Part shown: positions 28,362 through 38,060 of the stretch, one piece after another
Layout of the letters: every line of letters starts with the position of its first letter
Position numbering within the stretch: the stretch's first letter is position 1
Assembly (NCBI GenBank): GCA_038227875.1
Contig: JBBRPR010000001.1
Coordinates: 160,001-224,000 of the forward strand
Direction: 5' to 3'
Source: Planctomycetota bacterium
Lineage (GTDB): Bacteria; Planctomycetota; SZUA-567; H5-PLA8
Length of the DNA: 64,000 bases
Notes under the pieces: generated by a model
What the model saw: the letters and a program-made list of their open reading frames with translations, nothing else
Told to the model about the DNA's origin: nothing
Database searches by the model: none
Translations under genes and position numbers: made by a program

Positions 28362-30425
28362 ATGAACTTCCTCGAACCCATGGGTCTCCTCGGTCTCACC
28401 GCGCTGATTCCAGTGATCGCGCTCTACTTCCTTAAACTCAAGCGCGAAGAACGCGTCGTTCCCTCCACGTTACTTTGGAAAAAAGTGCTCGACGACATGC
28501 AGGTCAATGCGCCGTTTCAGCGGCTCAAGTATTCGCTGCTGTTGCTGCTCCAATTGCTGCTCGTCGCGCTGCTCGGGTTTGCCATGGCGCGGCCGTACTT
28601 GAGTCTCAGCGGCTATGCCGGAAAGAAAATCATTCTGCTGATCGATACCTCCGCCAGCATGAGCACCAAGGACGCGGGGACGGGCAAGGAGCTCACGCGC
28701 CTGGAGGCGGCGGTCAAGGATGCCATGCGCAAGGCCGACGACCTGCGCGATAACGATCAGATGATGGTCGTTGCGTTCGATAAGGACGTCCGGCAGCTCT
28801 GCAAATTCATGAACGACCGCACGCTGCTCAAGAATATTCTCGCCAACCTGCAGACCCGCGACGTCGCGACCAATGCCAATGAAGCATTCGAAACGGCGCT
28901 GGCGCTGGCGGAAGGGCAGACGGATGCGGAAGTCGTCGTGCTCTCCGACGGCTGTTTCGGCGACGTCAAAATTTTCAAAGAGAAGGAAGAGAAGAAGGGC
29001 AATCTGGAAGACCGCGCGGCGAAGGGGCAGGACACGCGCAACGTCCGGCGCGATTTGAGCATCTTTCGCTTCAAGTCGTATGGCGCGGAAAAGTCGGACA
29101 ACGTCGCGATTACACAAATGGATGCGCGCACGCGGCCGGTCAAGGCCACCAACGCCGACGGCCAGAAAGTCGATGCACTGGAAACGCAGGTGTTCGTGAT
29201 GGTCGAAAACTTTTCGCCGGAACCCAAGGACATCATCTTAAGCCTTTCCACGCCCGAGCAGCGCTTTCCGCCGAAGTCCGTTTCGCTGAAAGGACGGCCG
29301 GTGATCAAGGAAACGCTGGAGAGCGGCCCGGCCAACGGCGACACGTCGGAAGTCGCGCGCTCGGTTGAAGTATTCAAGCTGCCCATCGGCACGCAAGGCA
29401 TTGTCACGGCGCACATCGACGCGCCGAAAGACCGCATGCCTGTCGACGACTCCGCGAGTCTCGTCGTCGGCACGGCGGGGACCATCAAGATGCTGCTCGT
29501 CACGAAGGGAGATTTGATTCTGGAAAAAGCGCTCGCGGCGATCCGCGGGCTGGACATCACCAAGATGGATCTGGACGATTTCCTGAAACAGTGGGACCAG
29601 AAAGGTCAGCCGCTGGTCGAGCCCTATGACGCCTGTTTGTTTGAAGGCACCGCGCCGGTGGCGTGGACCGACGGTGGCGCGCTTTTCCTCAATTCACTGC
29701 CGCCGGTTTCCGGATTCGCGAAGGAAGAGAAGCTGATCGAATGGCCGCAGGTTGTCGACTGGGATGTCTCACATCCGGCGATGCGGTATGTGAATTTCGG
29801 CAACGTTACCATTTCCAAGGCGATGAATTGGAAAGTGCCGAAGAACAGCAAGGTGATGGTGGAAGGTTCCGGCGGTCCGCTGGCGGTTTCGTTCGAGAAC
29901 GACCGTCTGCGCGTCGTCGGCGTCTCGTTCGATGTGTTGCAATCAGACTGGGCGTACCGCCCGTCGCTGCCGCTGTTTCTCCGCAACGTGATTCCGTGGA
30001 TCGCCGAATCTTCGCCGCGCCGCCGTCCGTCCTCGCAGCAGACCGGCGATCCGCTGGTCGTTCCGCCCAGCGTCAATGCGCGTACCGCGACAGTTGTGCG
30101 CCCGAGAGAAAGCAATACCAATCCCGAGCACATCGAATTGTCGCTGGAACACGCGACGTACATCAAAGGTACGGAGACGGTCGGCATCTATCAGCTCAAA
30201 GACATTCCCAACGACCCCGACGGCCGCACGTACGCCGTGAATCTCGCCAGCCGCACCGAATCCGACAACGCCGCGCGTTCGAACCTGAGCGTTGAAGGCG
30301 TCAACTTGACCTCGACGCCGACGGCGATCGAAGCGAAACGTGAAATCTGGAACACGCTCGCGCTGATCGCTGCGGGGTTGCTCATGATTGAGTGGTGGGT
30401 GTATCACCGCCGCGTCGGAATCTGA
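28362..30425 (+). CDS. BatA N-terminal plus VWA domain membrane protein
   Basis: MNFLEP...YFLKLKR...PSTLLW (BatA), IDTSASM MIDAS, LSDG, C-terminal EWWVYHRR. Confidence 0.9.
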   Translation: MNFLEPMGLLGLTALIPVIALYFLKLKREERVVPSTLLWKKVLDDMQVNAPFQRLKYSLLLLLQLLLVALLGFAMARPYLSLSGYAGKKIILLIDTSASMSTKDAGTGKELTRLEAAVKDAMRKADDLRDNDQMMVVAFDKDVRQLCKFMNDRTLLKNILANLQTRDVATNANEAFETALALAEGQTDAEVVVLSDGCFGDVKIFKEKEEKKGNLEDRAAKGQDTRNVRRDLSIFRFKSYGAEKSDNVAITQMDARTRPVKATNADGQKVDALETQVFVMVENFSPEPKDIILSLSTPEQRFPPKSVSLKGRPVIKETLESGPANGDTSEVARSVEVFKLPIGTQGIVTAHIDAPKDRMPVDDSASLVVGTAGTIKMLLVTKGDLILEKALAAIRGLDITKMDLDDFLKQWDQKGQPLVEPYDACLFEGTAPVAWTDGGALFLNSLPPVSGFAKEEKLIEWPQVVDWDVSHPAMRYVNFGNVTISKAMNWKVPKNSKVMVEGSGGPLAVSFENDRLRVVGVSFDVLQSDWAYRPSLPLFLRNVIPWIAESSPRRRPSSQQTGDPLVVPPSVNARTATVVRPRESNTNPEHIELSLEHATYIKGTETVGIYQLKDIPNDPDGRTYAVNLASRTESDNAARSNLSVEGVNLTSTPTAIEAKREIWNTLALIAAGLLMIEWWVYHRRVGI

Positions 30426-30428
30426 CGG

Positions 30429-31475
30429 CTACTTCTTCAGCGCTTCGTAAATTTTATCGGCGACGGGCAGAACGCTTTTTCCGAGCTGCTCTACGTCCAC
30501 CACGATCGGTTTGAGATCGCCGAGCGGGACGGGCGAGGTTACGCCGGGCAGCGTTCGCACGGGGATCTGGTGAGCGCCGTTCTCGGCCAGCCACGCTTCG
30601 GTTTCGGGGCGGAGGAGGAAGTCGACGAATTTCTTTGCCTCGGCGCCGTGTTTGCAGTTTTTCAGAATCGCCACGGTGTTGGGTACCAGGTACGCGCCGT
30701 GCCAGTCGGCGGCCTGATCGGCGACGATAAAGTCGACGGGCTTTTTGCCGGCGAGCGCTTCAAAAGCGTCATCGCTGTCGGTCAGGCCGATTGTGCTGTA
30801 GCCGTTGGCAACGCGCTCGCGCACGTCACTGTTGCTCTCGGCGATCACGACACCGTTGTCGCGCCAGGCGTGGAAAAGCTTGAACGCTTTCTCTTCACCG
30901 AGCGCCAGCACCAGCGAGACGAAGTGACTGCGCGTCGTTCCGAAAAGAGGCTTGGGGACGGTGCATTTGTCCTTCCACTTCGGGTCGGCAAAGCCGTCGA
31001 GCGTGCGAGGGACGTCCTCACGCTTGACCAGGTTGGTGTTGAAAAGAATCACGCGGGCGCGGCAGCCGAAACCGGTCCAGCGATTCTGCGCGTCCTTGTA
31101 GCTGGCGGGAATTTCTTTGGCGTTCGGCGAGGCGTAGGGTTCCAGCGCATCGGCGTTGGCGAGCACCTGGGTCAGCGAAAGCTCGGAATTCCAGACGACG
31201 TCGCCGTCTGGGCGGCCTTTCATCTGCAGGAGCCGTTCGGCCATGCCGGTGGATTTGCTGGCTTCGCTGTCGGTGCGCGGTTCGACGCGGATGCCGCTTT
31301 CTTTCGTGAATTTTTCAAACAAGGCCAGCGCGTATTCCGGATCGACGGAGGTGTAGACCACCACGGTCGGCCCTTCGGTCTGGCGCGGCGTGAAACCGAA
31401 CAGCAGGACGCCGACAGCGACCAGAATCAGCGCGCAACCCAGCAGCAGCGTTTTGAGATTCAGAGGCACACGCAC
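30429..31475 (-). CDS. ABC transporter extracellular solute-binding protein (Fe3+/FbpA-like)
   Basis: Signal anchor; VVVYTSVD, RARVILFNT, PLFGTT, LTDSDD, AKKFVDFLL. Confidence 0.88.
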   Translation of the reverse strand: MRVPLNLKTLLLGCALILVAVGVLLFGFTPRQTEGPTVVVYTSVDPEYALALFEKFTKESGIRVEPRTDSEASKSTGMAERLLQMKGRPDGDVVWNSELSLTQVLANADALEPYASPNAKEIPASYKDAQNRWTGFGCRARVILFNTNLVKREDVPRTLDGFADPKWKDKCTVPKPLFGTTRSHFVSLVLALGEEKAFKLFHAWRDNGVVIAESNSDVRERVANGYSTIGLTDSDDAFEALAGKKPVDFIVADQAADWHGAYLVPNTVAILKNCKHGAEAKKFVDFLLRPETEAWLAENGAHQIPVRTLPGVTSPVPLGDLKPIVVDVEQLGKSVLPVADKIYEALKK

Positions 31476-31494
31476 CGCCTGTCGGGGAAGTTCC

Positions 31495-32061
31495 TCATTT
31501 GAAAACTTTGCGCAACATTCGCGCGAGGCCGGGATCGAGATCCAGTGATGCGAACTCTGCCGGGCGGACCCAGCGCGCCTGAGTCACGCCATCACCGGCG
31601 GCGGCGCTGTTTGATGCGCCGAGCAGCAGCATGCGCAGGTCGAAGTGTTCGTGCGCCGGATCGCTTTTGCGCGCGGGAATGAGATGGACGTCGACATCGA
31701 GCAGCACCGGCTGTGCGCCCGGCCAGGCGGTCTGCGTGAACGTTTCTTCGAGCACTTCGCGCGCGGCAGCGACGCTCGGGTCGTTCTCGCCGGGTTCAAA
31801 ATGTCCGCCGGGTTGCAGCCAGCGCTGCAGCTTCTCGTGAAAAATCAGCAGTGCGCGTTCGCGGTTTTCATCGAGCACGATGGCGCTGGCGGTGAGATGT
31901 CCGGGCACAAAATGCGCACGCGAAAATGGCGCCGCGCCGGTCTCCACCAGTTCGCGGATACGTTCCAGCGAGCGCTGTTCACCGGCATCGACGGGCACAT
32001 GACGCGACAACAGTTCTTGCACGATGGAGCAGGATGGAAGATCGGTGGGCGTGGTGCTCAT
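31495..32061 (-). CDS. NUDIX hydrolase
   Basis: GHLTASA, WLQPGGHFE...AAAREVLEET Nudix box, HEHFDLR. Confidence 0.92.
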   Translation of the reverse strand: MSTTPTDLPSCSIVQELLSRHVPVDAGEQRSLERIRELVETGAAPFSRAHFVPGHLTASAIVLDENRERALLIFHEKLQRWLQPGGHFEPGENDPSVAAAREVLEETFTQTAWPGAQPVLLDVDVHLIPARKSDPAHEHFDLRMLLLGASNSAAAGDGVTQARWVRPAEFASLDLDPGLARMLRKVFK

Positions 32062-32109
32062 GGCAGCGTGTTTACCTCAACACGAAAACTTGTCGAATGG
32101 CGAATTCTG

Positions 32110-32135
32110 ACCCTATGGACAGCTGTCCATAGGGT
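32110..32135. other. Perfect 26-bp loop-less palindrome
   Basis: ACCCTATGGACAG|CTGTCCATAGGGT. Confidence 0.9.
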
Positions 32136-32158
32136 TAAAACCAAGCACCCTTGTGCCA

Positions 32159-32869
32159 TCACAATTTGACGGGCAGGCGCTTCTCGATCTTGATTCCTTG
32201 CGGCGAAATGCGCGCACGATATGCGTAGACCTCAATGTGTTTCTGTTCGACGGCGCGGCGTAGCGCGTTGGAATAATCGGGATCGATGGTGTCGGCGACG
32301 CCCATCCATTCCACGTCGCTGCGTCCTACGAAAAAGAAAAATGCGGCGCGCTCGCCAGTCTTGGCAGCGCGCGTCAGTTCCTGAATGTGTTTCAGGCCGC
32401 GGGCGGTCACGGCGTCCGGGTAGAGCACCCCGTCGCCGACGCGGTAAGTTGTATTCTTGATTTCGACCAGACAGGTGTGGCTGCGTTCCGGATGTCCGGA
32501 GAGCAGCAGATCGATGCGGCTGTTGCGGCCGTATTTCACCTCGCGCTGCAGCGTGACGTAACCGGACAATTCCGGAATGAGACCGGAACTGACCGCTTCC
32601 GCAACGGCGCGGTTGGGGTTCATCGTGTTCACGCCGACCCAGTGGTTGCCCATGCGGATGGCTTCCAGCGTGTAGAGCAACTTGCGGCCGCAGTCGATTC
32701 CGTGAAACGAAAGTAGCACCGGCCGCCCGGGTTCACTGCAGGTTCGCATACTCCCGGTGTTGGGGCAGTGGGCGAGAACGACGGTGCCGTCGGCGAGTTT
32801 GACGTCGGCCAAGAAGCGCTTGTAACGGCGTACCAGCACACCTTTCACAATGGGGAGCTTGAATTTCAT
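32159..32869 (-). CDS. sfsA: DNA/RNA nuclease SfsA
   Basis: RRYKRFLADV, AHCPNTGSM, SRIDLLL, YPDAVTARGLKH; GAAGGA SD before ATG 32869. Confidence 0.95.
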   Translation of the reverse strand: MKFKLPIVKGVLVRRYKRFLADVKLADGTVVLAHCPNTGSMRTCSEPGRPVLLSFHGIDCGRKLLYTLEAIRMGNHWVGVNTMNPNRAVAEAVSSGLIPELSGYVTLQREVKYGRNSRIDLLLSGHPERSHTCLVEIKNTTYRVGDGVLYPDAVTARGLKHIQELTRAAKTGERAAFFFFVGRSDVEWMGVADTIDPDYSNALRRAVEQKHIEVYAYRARISPQGIKIEKRLPVKL

Positions 32870-32944
32870 GCAACATCCTTCAAAATGTAATGACCGACAA
32901 GAACTGTTAAAGCTCACGTACCCTTTGGACGAAGATATACGTTC

Positions 32945-33328
32945 ATGCGCCCCATTGGATCCCACAAACTACTTGAGCGCCGCCGCCGCAAGGCCGTGGC
33001 GCTTGCCAAACGTGGGCGGTCACCCAGTGTGATCGCCAAAGAACTTCAGGTCGACCGCAAATCGGTCTACCGCTGGCTGGCCATGGCGAAGAACGGCGAA
33101 AAGGGTCTGGCCGCCAAGCCGCATCCCGGGCGCCCACGCAAACTGACCAACGGTCAGCATTCCAAACTGGCGCGGCTGCTCAAACAAGGTCCGCAAGCTC
33201 ACGGCTGGACGACGGGCCGTTGGACGGCCAAGCGCGTGGCCGAACTGGTCTGGAAGCATTTCAAAGTGAAGCATCACGTCGAACACGTCCGGCACATCGT
33301 CAAACACCGGCTCAACAAACAGAGCTGA
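32945..33328 (+). CDS. Stand-alone IS630-type helix-turn-helix protein (no DDE domain)
   Basis: LERRRRKAV...SVYRWL...GLAAKPHPGRPRKL...GPQAHGW..WT.KRVA matches the N-terminal half of IS630 transposases; ends at aa 127. Confidence 0.8.
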   Translation: MRPIGSHKLLERRRRKAVALAKRGRSPSVIAKELQVDRKSVYRWLAMAKNGEKGLAAKPHPGRPRKLTNGQHSKLARLLKQGPQAHGWTTGRWTAKRVAELVWKHFKVKHHVEHVRHIVKHRLNKQS

Positions 33329-33505
33329 CTATTTATCCAGAAAGACGAGCAAACCGGCCACGATTGCCGTAACCGATAGGGCGATGTTTGGAATTTTCAT
33401 GTTCAATTTCGCGAGAATGGGAATGAAGCCGGAGAGCACCGGGATCAGATTAATCACGGCGAACAAAATCAACCAGCCACCCAGCAACATCATCCATTTT
33501 TTCAT
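33329..33505 (-). CDS. Small two-helix membrane protein (58 aa; not in ORF track)
   Basis: Read manually: MKKWMMLLGGWLILFAVINLIPVLSGFIPILAKLNMKIPNIALSVTAIVAGLLVFLDK. Confidence 0.6.
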   Translation of the reverse strand: MKKWMMLLGGWLILFAVINLIPVLSGFIPILAKLNMKIPNIALSVTAIVAGLLVFLDK

Positions 33506-33659
33506 TGGGACAACAGGTTACCAATCCCGGCGGCAAATTCCATGGCGCATCCAGAATTAGGCGCCACATTCTTCACAATTCGCACTCCACAAATGCCCAT
33601 GAGTGCCCTACACTGCGCTACCTGAAATAGATCAGGATAACGAAGTGTGGGAGAGTTTT

Positions 33660-34910
33660 GTGGCTGCTGGTAATTTTTACAATTCGCGCATCGTCATCAC
33701 CGGCATCGGTTTGACGGCGCCCAACGGCAATAACCTCGCCGACTACCGCCGCGCGCTGCTCAGCGGCAAATCGGGCGTGAAAAATTTTGAAACCCGCTAC
33801 ATGGGCGCGGTTCTCGCCGGGATCTGCGACTTCGATGAACTCAAGTATCAGAAGAAGAAGGAACTGCGCCGCGGAACCCGCGCCGGCTCGATCGCCATTT
33901 ACTGCGCCAACGAAGCGCTGGCCGACAGCGGGATCGATTGGACGAAGCAGGACAAGTCGCGCGTTGGCGTCTACGTCGGCGTGACCGAGCACGGCAACGT
34001 TGAGACCGAGAACGAAATCGCGAACATCAAGCAGTACAATTACGACGTTAAATTCTGGTCGCACCACCACAACCCGCGCACCGTCGCCAACAATCCCGCC
34101 GGCGAAGTCACGCTCAACATGGGGATCATCGGACCGCACTACACCATCGGCGCGGCCTGCGCGGCGGGAAACATCGGCTTCATCCAGGCGCTCCAGATGC
34201 TGCGGCTGGGCGAAGTGGACCTGGCGTTCGGCGGCGGCGTTTCGGAATCGATTCACACGTTCGGAATCTTCGCCAGTTTCAAGAGCCAGGGCGCGCTGGC
34301 TACGCACGAGGACCCGACGAAAGCATCGCGCCCGTTCGACCGCGACCGCAACGGCATCGTGGTCAGCGAAGGCGGCTGCGTCTACACGCTCGAACGGCTC
34401 GAAGACGCGCAGGCGAGGAACGCAAAGATCTACGGCGAGATCGTCGGCTACGCGATCAACTCCGACGCTTCGGATTTCGTCCTGCCATCCCCGGAACGCC
34501 AGGCGCAGTGCATGCTCGCCGCGTTGAAGAAAGCGGGAATAGGCCCCGGCGACGTCGACATCATCAATACGCACGCGACGGCCACGAAGCTGGGCGACAT
34601 CCAGGAATGCACGGCGATCCGCAATGTTTTCAGTGATCACGCGGGCGTGCACATCAACAATACGAAGAGCTTCATCGGGCATGCGATGGGCGCGGCGGGA
34701 GCGTTGGAGTTGTCGGGCAATCTGCCGGCGTTCGACGATCACATCGTCCATCCGACGATCAACGTGGATAACCTGGACCCGGAATGTGCGCTGCGCAACC
34801 TGGTTCTGAACACGCCCAAGACGATTGACAAGGTGGAGTACATCCTTAACAATTCGTCGGGAATGCTGGGCATCAATTCAGTGGTGATCGTCAAGCGCTT
34901 CACGGCCTGA
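33660..34910 (+). CDS. fabF: Beta-ketoacyl-ACP synthase (FabF-like)
   Basis: IVITGIG, AACAAG (Cys), ASRPFDRDRNG, NTHATAT and IGHAMGAAG (His-His); GTG start after GGGAG. Confidence 0.85.
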   Translation: MAAGNFYNSRIVITGIGLTAPNGNNLADYRRALLSGKSGVKNFETRYMGAVLAGICDFDELKYQKKKELRRGTRAGSIAIYCANEALADSGIDWTKQDKSRVGVYVGVTEHGNVETENEIANIKQYNYDVKFWSHHHNPRTVANNPAGEVTLNMGIIGPHYTIGAACAAGNIGFIQALQMLRLGEVDLAFGGGVSESIHTFGIFASFKSQGALATHEDPTKASRPFDRDRNGIVVSEGGCVYTLERLEDAQARNAKIYGEIVGYAINSDASDFVLPSPERQAQCMLAALKKAGIGPGDVDIINTHATATKLGDIQECTAIRNVFSDHAGVHINNTKSFIGHAMGAAGALELSGNLPAFDDHIVHPTINVDNLDPECALRNLVLNTPKTIDKVEYILNNSSGMLGINSVVIVKRFTA

Positions 34911-34996
34911 CGAATTTCCTTTCGCGCAAAGCCGGTACGGCAAAATTGCTTTTTGCGCGGGAGTTTTTGTGTGTGGTGTGAACAGGGGAGATTTGC

Positions 34997-35248
34997 ATGA
35001 CGCGGGAAGACATCCGGGCGGCCATTTTAAACATCATTACGGATATCGCTCCGGACGAAGACTTGACGACGATCAAGGGCGACGTGCGGTTGCGCGACCA
35101 GATCGATCTGGACAGCATGGATTTTCTGGACATCGTGATGGAGCTGCGCAAGCGCTACAACGTGGAGGTTCCGGAAGCCGATTACATGCAGCTGGCCACG
35201 CTGGATTCGAGCGTCAATTACCTCGAGCCCATGCTTAAGGCAAAGTAA
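34997..35248 (+). CDS. Acyl carrier protein
   Basis: Small acidic protein with LDSMD phosphopantetheine site; next to the KS gene. Confidence 0.92.
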   Translation: MTREDIRAAILNIITDIAPDEDLTTIKGDVRLRDQIDLDSMDFLDIVMELRKRYNVEVPEADYMQLATLDSSVNYLEPMLKAK

Positions 35249-35338
35249 CAGGCCGGTCCGTCGATGTTCAATCCGCGCGCGCAGCATTTTTTCCGGCTGC
35301 GCGCCGCTGTTTTCGGAGTGCGGTGAAAGGAGAAGCTC

Positions 35339-35821
35339 ATGGATCATGGACGCCGTAAAATAGTCGTGCAGGAGTTGCTCGACACGCTGCACGCCACGCT
35401 CCCGTATTTCGATCAGTCTCCGGACGCGCTTGGCCGCTCGTACGCGCCGGGAAAATGGACTCTCCGCGAACTGCTGGTTCACTTGAGCGACGCGGAAGCG
35501 GTGCTCCTGGACCGCCTGCGCCGCATTGCCTCGGAGAAAAAACCGGTGCTGCTGGCGTTCGATGAAAACGATTGGGCCGCGAAGCTGCACTACAAAGCGC
35601 GCGATTTGAATCTTGCCAGGCAGCAGTACGAAGTGGCGCGGCGGCAGGTGATCGAACTGGCGCGCACGCTCGACGACTCCGTCGATCACCTGGTCGGTAC
35701 GCATTCGGAAGCCGGGCCGTTGACGTTCGCGCAGATTCTCAGCAAGGTTGCCGCGCACAACTTCCACCATGTTGAGCAGATGAAGGCGATCGCCGAAGGC
35801 CGGACGTGGCAGAGGAAGTAA
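35339..35821 (+). CDS. DinB/YfiT family protein
   Basis: YAPGKWTLRELLVHLSDAE, FDENDWA, HNFHHVEQ. Confidence 0.88.
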   Translation: MDHGRRKIVVQELLDTLHATLPYFDQSPDALGRSYAPGKWTLRELLVHLSDAEAVLLDRLRRIASEKKPVLLAFDENDWAAKLHYKARDLNLARQQYEVARRQVIELARTLDDSVDHLVGTHSEAGPLTFAQILSKVAAHNFHHVEQMKAIAEGRTWQRK

Positions 35822-36876
35822 CTCCGCCCCGTAGTCTCAGCGATTTCGATCTGGCGCAATTGCAGGCGCAGTTCGAACGCTGGGGCTTTCCGGCCGTGCA
35901 CGCCGGCCGGCTGCTGCGCAGCTATTACGCGACGGGCGGCAGCATCGATTTTCCTGAACTGAAGATCGGCAAGGAACTGGAAGCGCGATTGAAGGCGGAG
36001 ATTCCGCTTTTTCAGTCGCGGATCGTCACGCGTAGCGAGAGCAGCGATAGCACCGTCAAGCTGTTGATCGGACTGGAGCAGGGCGGGGCGGTCGAATCGG
36101 TCCTGATGCCGCTGGACACGCCCGGCCGCGCGGCGGCGTGCGTCTCCTCACAGATCGGCTGCGCGATGGGCTGCGATTTCTGCGCCAGCACCAAGCGCGG
36201 CCTGGAGCGCAATCTGACTTCCGGCGAAATCGTCGAACAGTTTCTGCATCTCCGCGCTGAAGCATTGAAGCTCGGCCGCCGCCTGCACACACTTGTGTTC
36301 ATGGGCATGGGCGAGCCGATGCAAAATCTCGATCACGTCCTGGCCGCGATCCGGCGCATTGCCGGAGAAGACATGGGCGCGCTGGGCTGGCGGCAGATCA
36401 CGGTCTCCACGGTCGGCATCGTGCCGGGCATCGAACAGCTCGCGGCATCGGGGCTGAACGTGAATCTCGCGCTATCGCTCCACGCGCCCGATGATGAAAC
36501 GCGGGCGAAGATCGTGCCGATGAACAAGCGCTATCCCGTCGCTGAAATTATCGCCGCCACCAAGCAGTATTTCGAAAAAACCCGGCGCATTACCAACGTG
36601 GAATACTGCCTGCTCGCCGGCGTCAACGATTCTGACGTCCACGCGCGGCTGCTCGCCGAACTCCTGCGCGGTTTCAAGACGCACGTGAATCTCATTCCCT
36701 ACAACGCCATCGGCACGGGCTTGAGCGGCGTGCAGTATGGGGCTCCGTCGTCCGAACGCGTTGACGCGTTCGTCGGAATTCTGCGCGCGGAGAAAGTCGT
36801 CACGCATCTGCGCAAACGCCGCGGAGATGACGTCAATGCGGCGTGCGGCCAGTTGCGAGAGATCACGGTCGCATAA
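35806..36876 (+). CDS. rlmN: Dual-specificity RNA methyltransferase RlmN (radical SAM)
   Basis: CVSSQIGCAMGCDFC, FMGMGEP, LALSLHA, AACGQL. Confidence 0.93.
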   Translation: MAEEVTPPRSLSDFDLAQLQAQFERWGFPAVHAGRLLRSYYATGGSIDFPELKIGKELEARLKAEIPLFQSRIVTRSESSDSTVKLLIGLEQGGAVESVLMPLDTPGRAAACVSSQIGCAMGCDFCASTKRGLERNLTSGEIVEQFLHLRAEALKLGRRLHTLVFMGMGEPMQNLDHVLAAIRRIAGEDMGALGWRQITVSTVGIVPGIEQLAASGLNVNLALSLHAPDDETRAKIVPMNKRYPVAEIIAATKQYFEKTRRITNVEYCLLAGVNDSDVHARLLAELLRGFKTHVNLIPYNAIGTGLSGVQYGAPSSERVDAFVGILRAEKVVTHLRKRRGDDVNAACGQLREITVA

Positions 36877-36973
36877 ATAGCGGGCGTTGTTGGAAGTAAA
36901 ACAGGCGATGTGCGTACAGAAGTCGGCGGACGTCTCTATTGACGCAGGTCTCTTTTCAATTACCGTAACAACA

Positions 36974-38050
36974 ATGGAATCGGCAAGAAACGTCCCCCAC
37001 ATTCCGAGCACGCCGCTGACAGACTTGCTCCGACACGGGTACATTCCGGGTCAGGATTCCATCGTCGATCGATTCGGCCGGCGCTTCACGTACCTGCGCG
37101 TGTCGGTCACGGACTTGTGCAACCTGCGTTGCGTCTATTGCATGCCCGAAGAAGGCATGAAGTGGCTGCCGCGGGACGAAATTTTATCATTCGAAGAAAT
37201 CGTCACCGTCGTGCAAGCAGCGGCGGCGGTGGGCGTCTACAAAATCCGCCTGACCGGCGGCGAGCCGCTGGTGCGCAGCGACATCGCGCTGCTGACGCGC
37301 ATGGTTGCGGAAGTTCCCGGCATCACCGACCTCTCGCTCACAACCAACGGCACCCGCCTGGCCGAACTGGCCAAGCCGCTCGCGGACGCGGGACTGAAGC
37401 GCATCAACATTTCGCTCGACACGATGAACGCTGAGAAATTCAAAGCCATCGCGCGCCGTCACGAACTGTACGAAGTACTCGACGGCATCAAGGCCGCGCA
37501 GGCGACGGGCTTGAAACCGATCAAGATCAACATGGTCGTGCTCGGCGGGTTGAACGACGAGGAAGTCGCGGACTTCGCGGCGATGACCGTCAATCAGGAT
37601 CTGGACGTGCGCTTCATTGAATACATGCCGCTGGAAGAAGCGAAGGGCTGCGCGATGGGCTCGGGGAATTTCACGTTCATCCCCAACGATCTGACCAAGG
37701 ACCGCATCCGCATGCGCTTCGGGGATCTCGAACCGCTGGAAGTGGGCGAGGGGATGAAGGGTCCGGCGGAAGTCTTCCGCATCCGCGGGGCGGCCGGGCG
37801 GCTGGGATTTATTTCGGCAATCAGCGCGCCATTCTGTAAACTCTGCGATCGTTTGAGACTGACGGCGACCGGCGAGATTCGCAGTTGCCTGCTCGACGGC
37901 GGGGGCCTGGCGATCAAGGCGTTGCTGCGCAACGGTGGCACGCGCGCGGATCTGATTCGCGCGTTCCGGGAAGCGGCGGAGATCAAGCCGGAAGTGCATA
38001 AGGACTGGAACGAAATACCGGCGGCCAGCATGAGCCGTATTGGTGGATGA
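36974..38050 (+). CDS. moaA: GTP 3',8-cyclase MoaA
   Basis: YLRVSVTDLCNLRCVYCMP, RLTGGEP, RFIEYMP, FCKLCDRLRLT...CL, MSRIGG. Confidence 0.96.
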   Translation: MESARNVPHIPSTPLTDLLRHGYIPGQDSIVDRFGRRFTYLRVSVTDLCNLRCVYCMPEEGMKWLPRDEILSFEEIVTVVQAAAAVGVYKIRLTGGEPLVRSDIALLTRMVAEVPGITDLSLTTNGTRLAELAKPLADAGLKRINISLDTMNAEKFKAIARRHELYEVLDGIKAAQATGLKPIKINMVVLGGLNDEEVADFAAMTVNQDLDVRFIEYMPLEEAKGCAMGSGNFTFIPNDLTKDRIRMRFGDLEPLEVGEGMKGPAEVFRIRGAAGRLGFISAISAPFCKLCDRLRLTATGEIRSCLLDGGGLAIKALLRNGGTRADLIRAFREAAEIKPEVHKDWNEIPAASMSRIGG

Positions 38051-38060
38051 TGGAAATTAA

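Noticed and set aside
25302..32869. Defence island based on Uma2, AAA+ ATPase and SfsA
   Set aside because: The ATPase is a canonical MoxR with DUF58/VWA partners; Uma2 and SfsA are common stand-alone genes and are not adjacent.
32945..33600. Intact or frameshifted IS630 element
   Set aside because: No DDE-coding frame follows the HTH ORF and no terminal inverted repeats were found.
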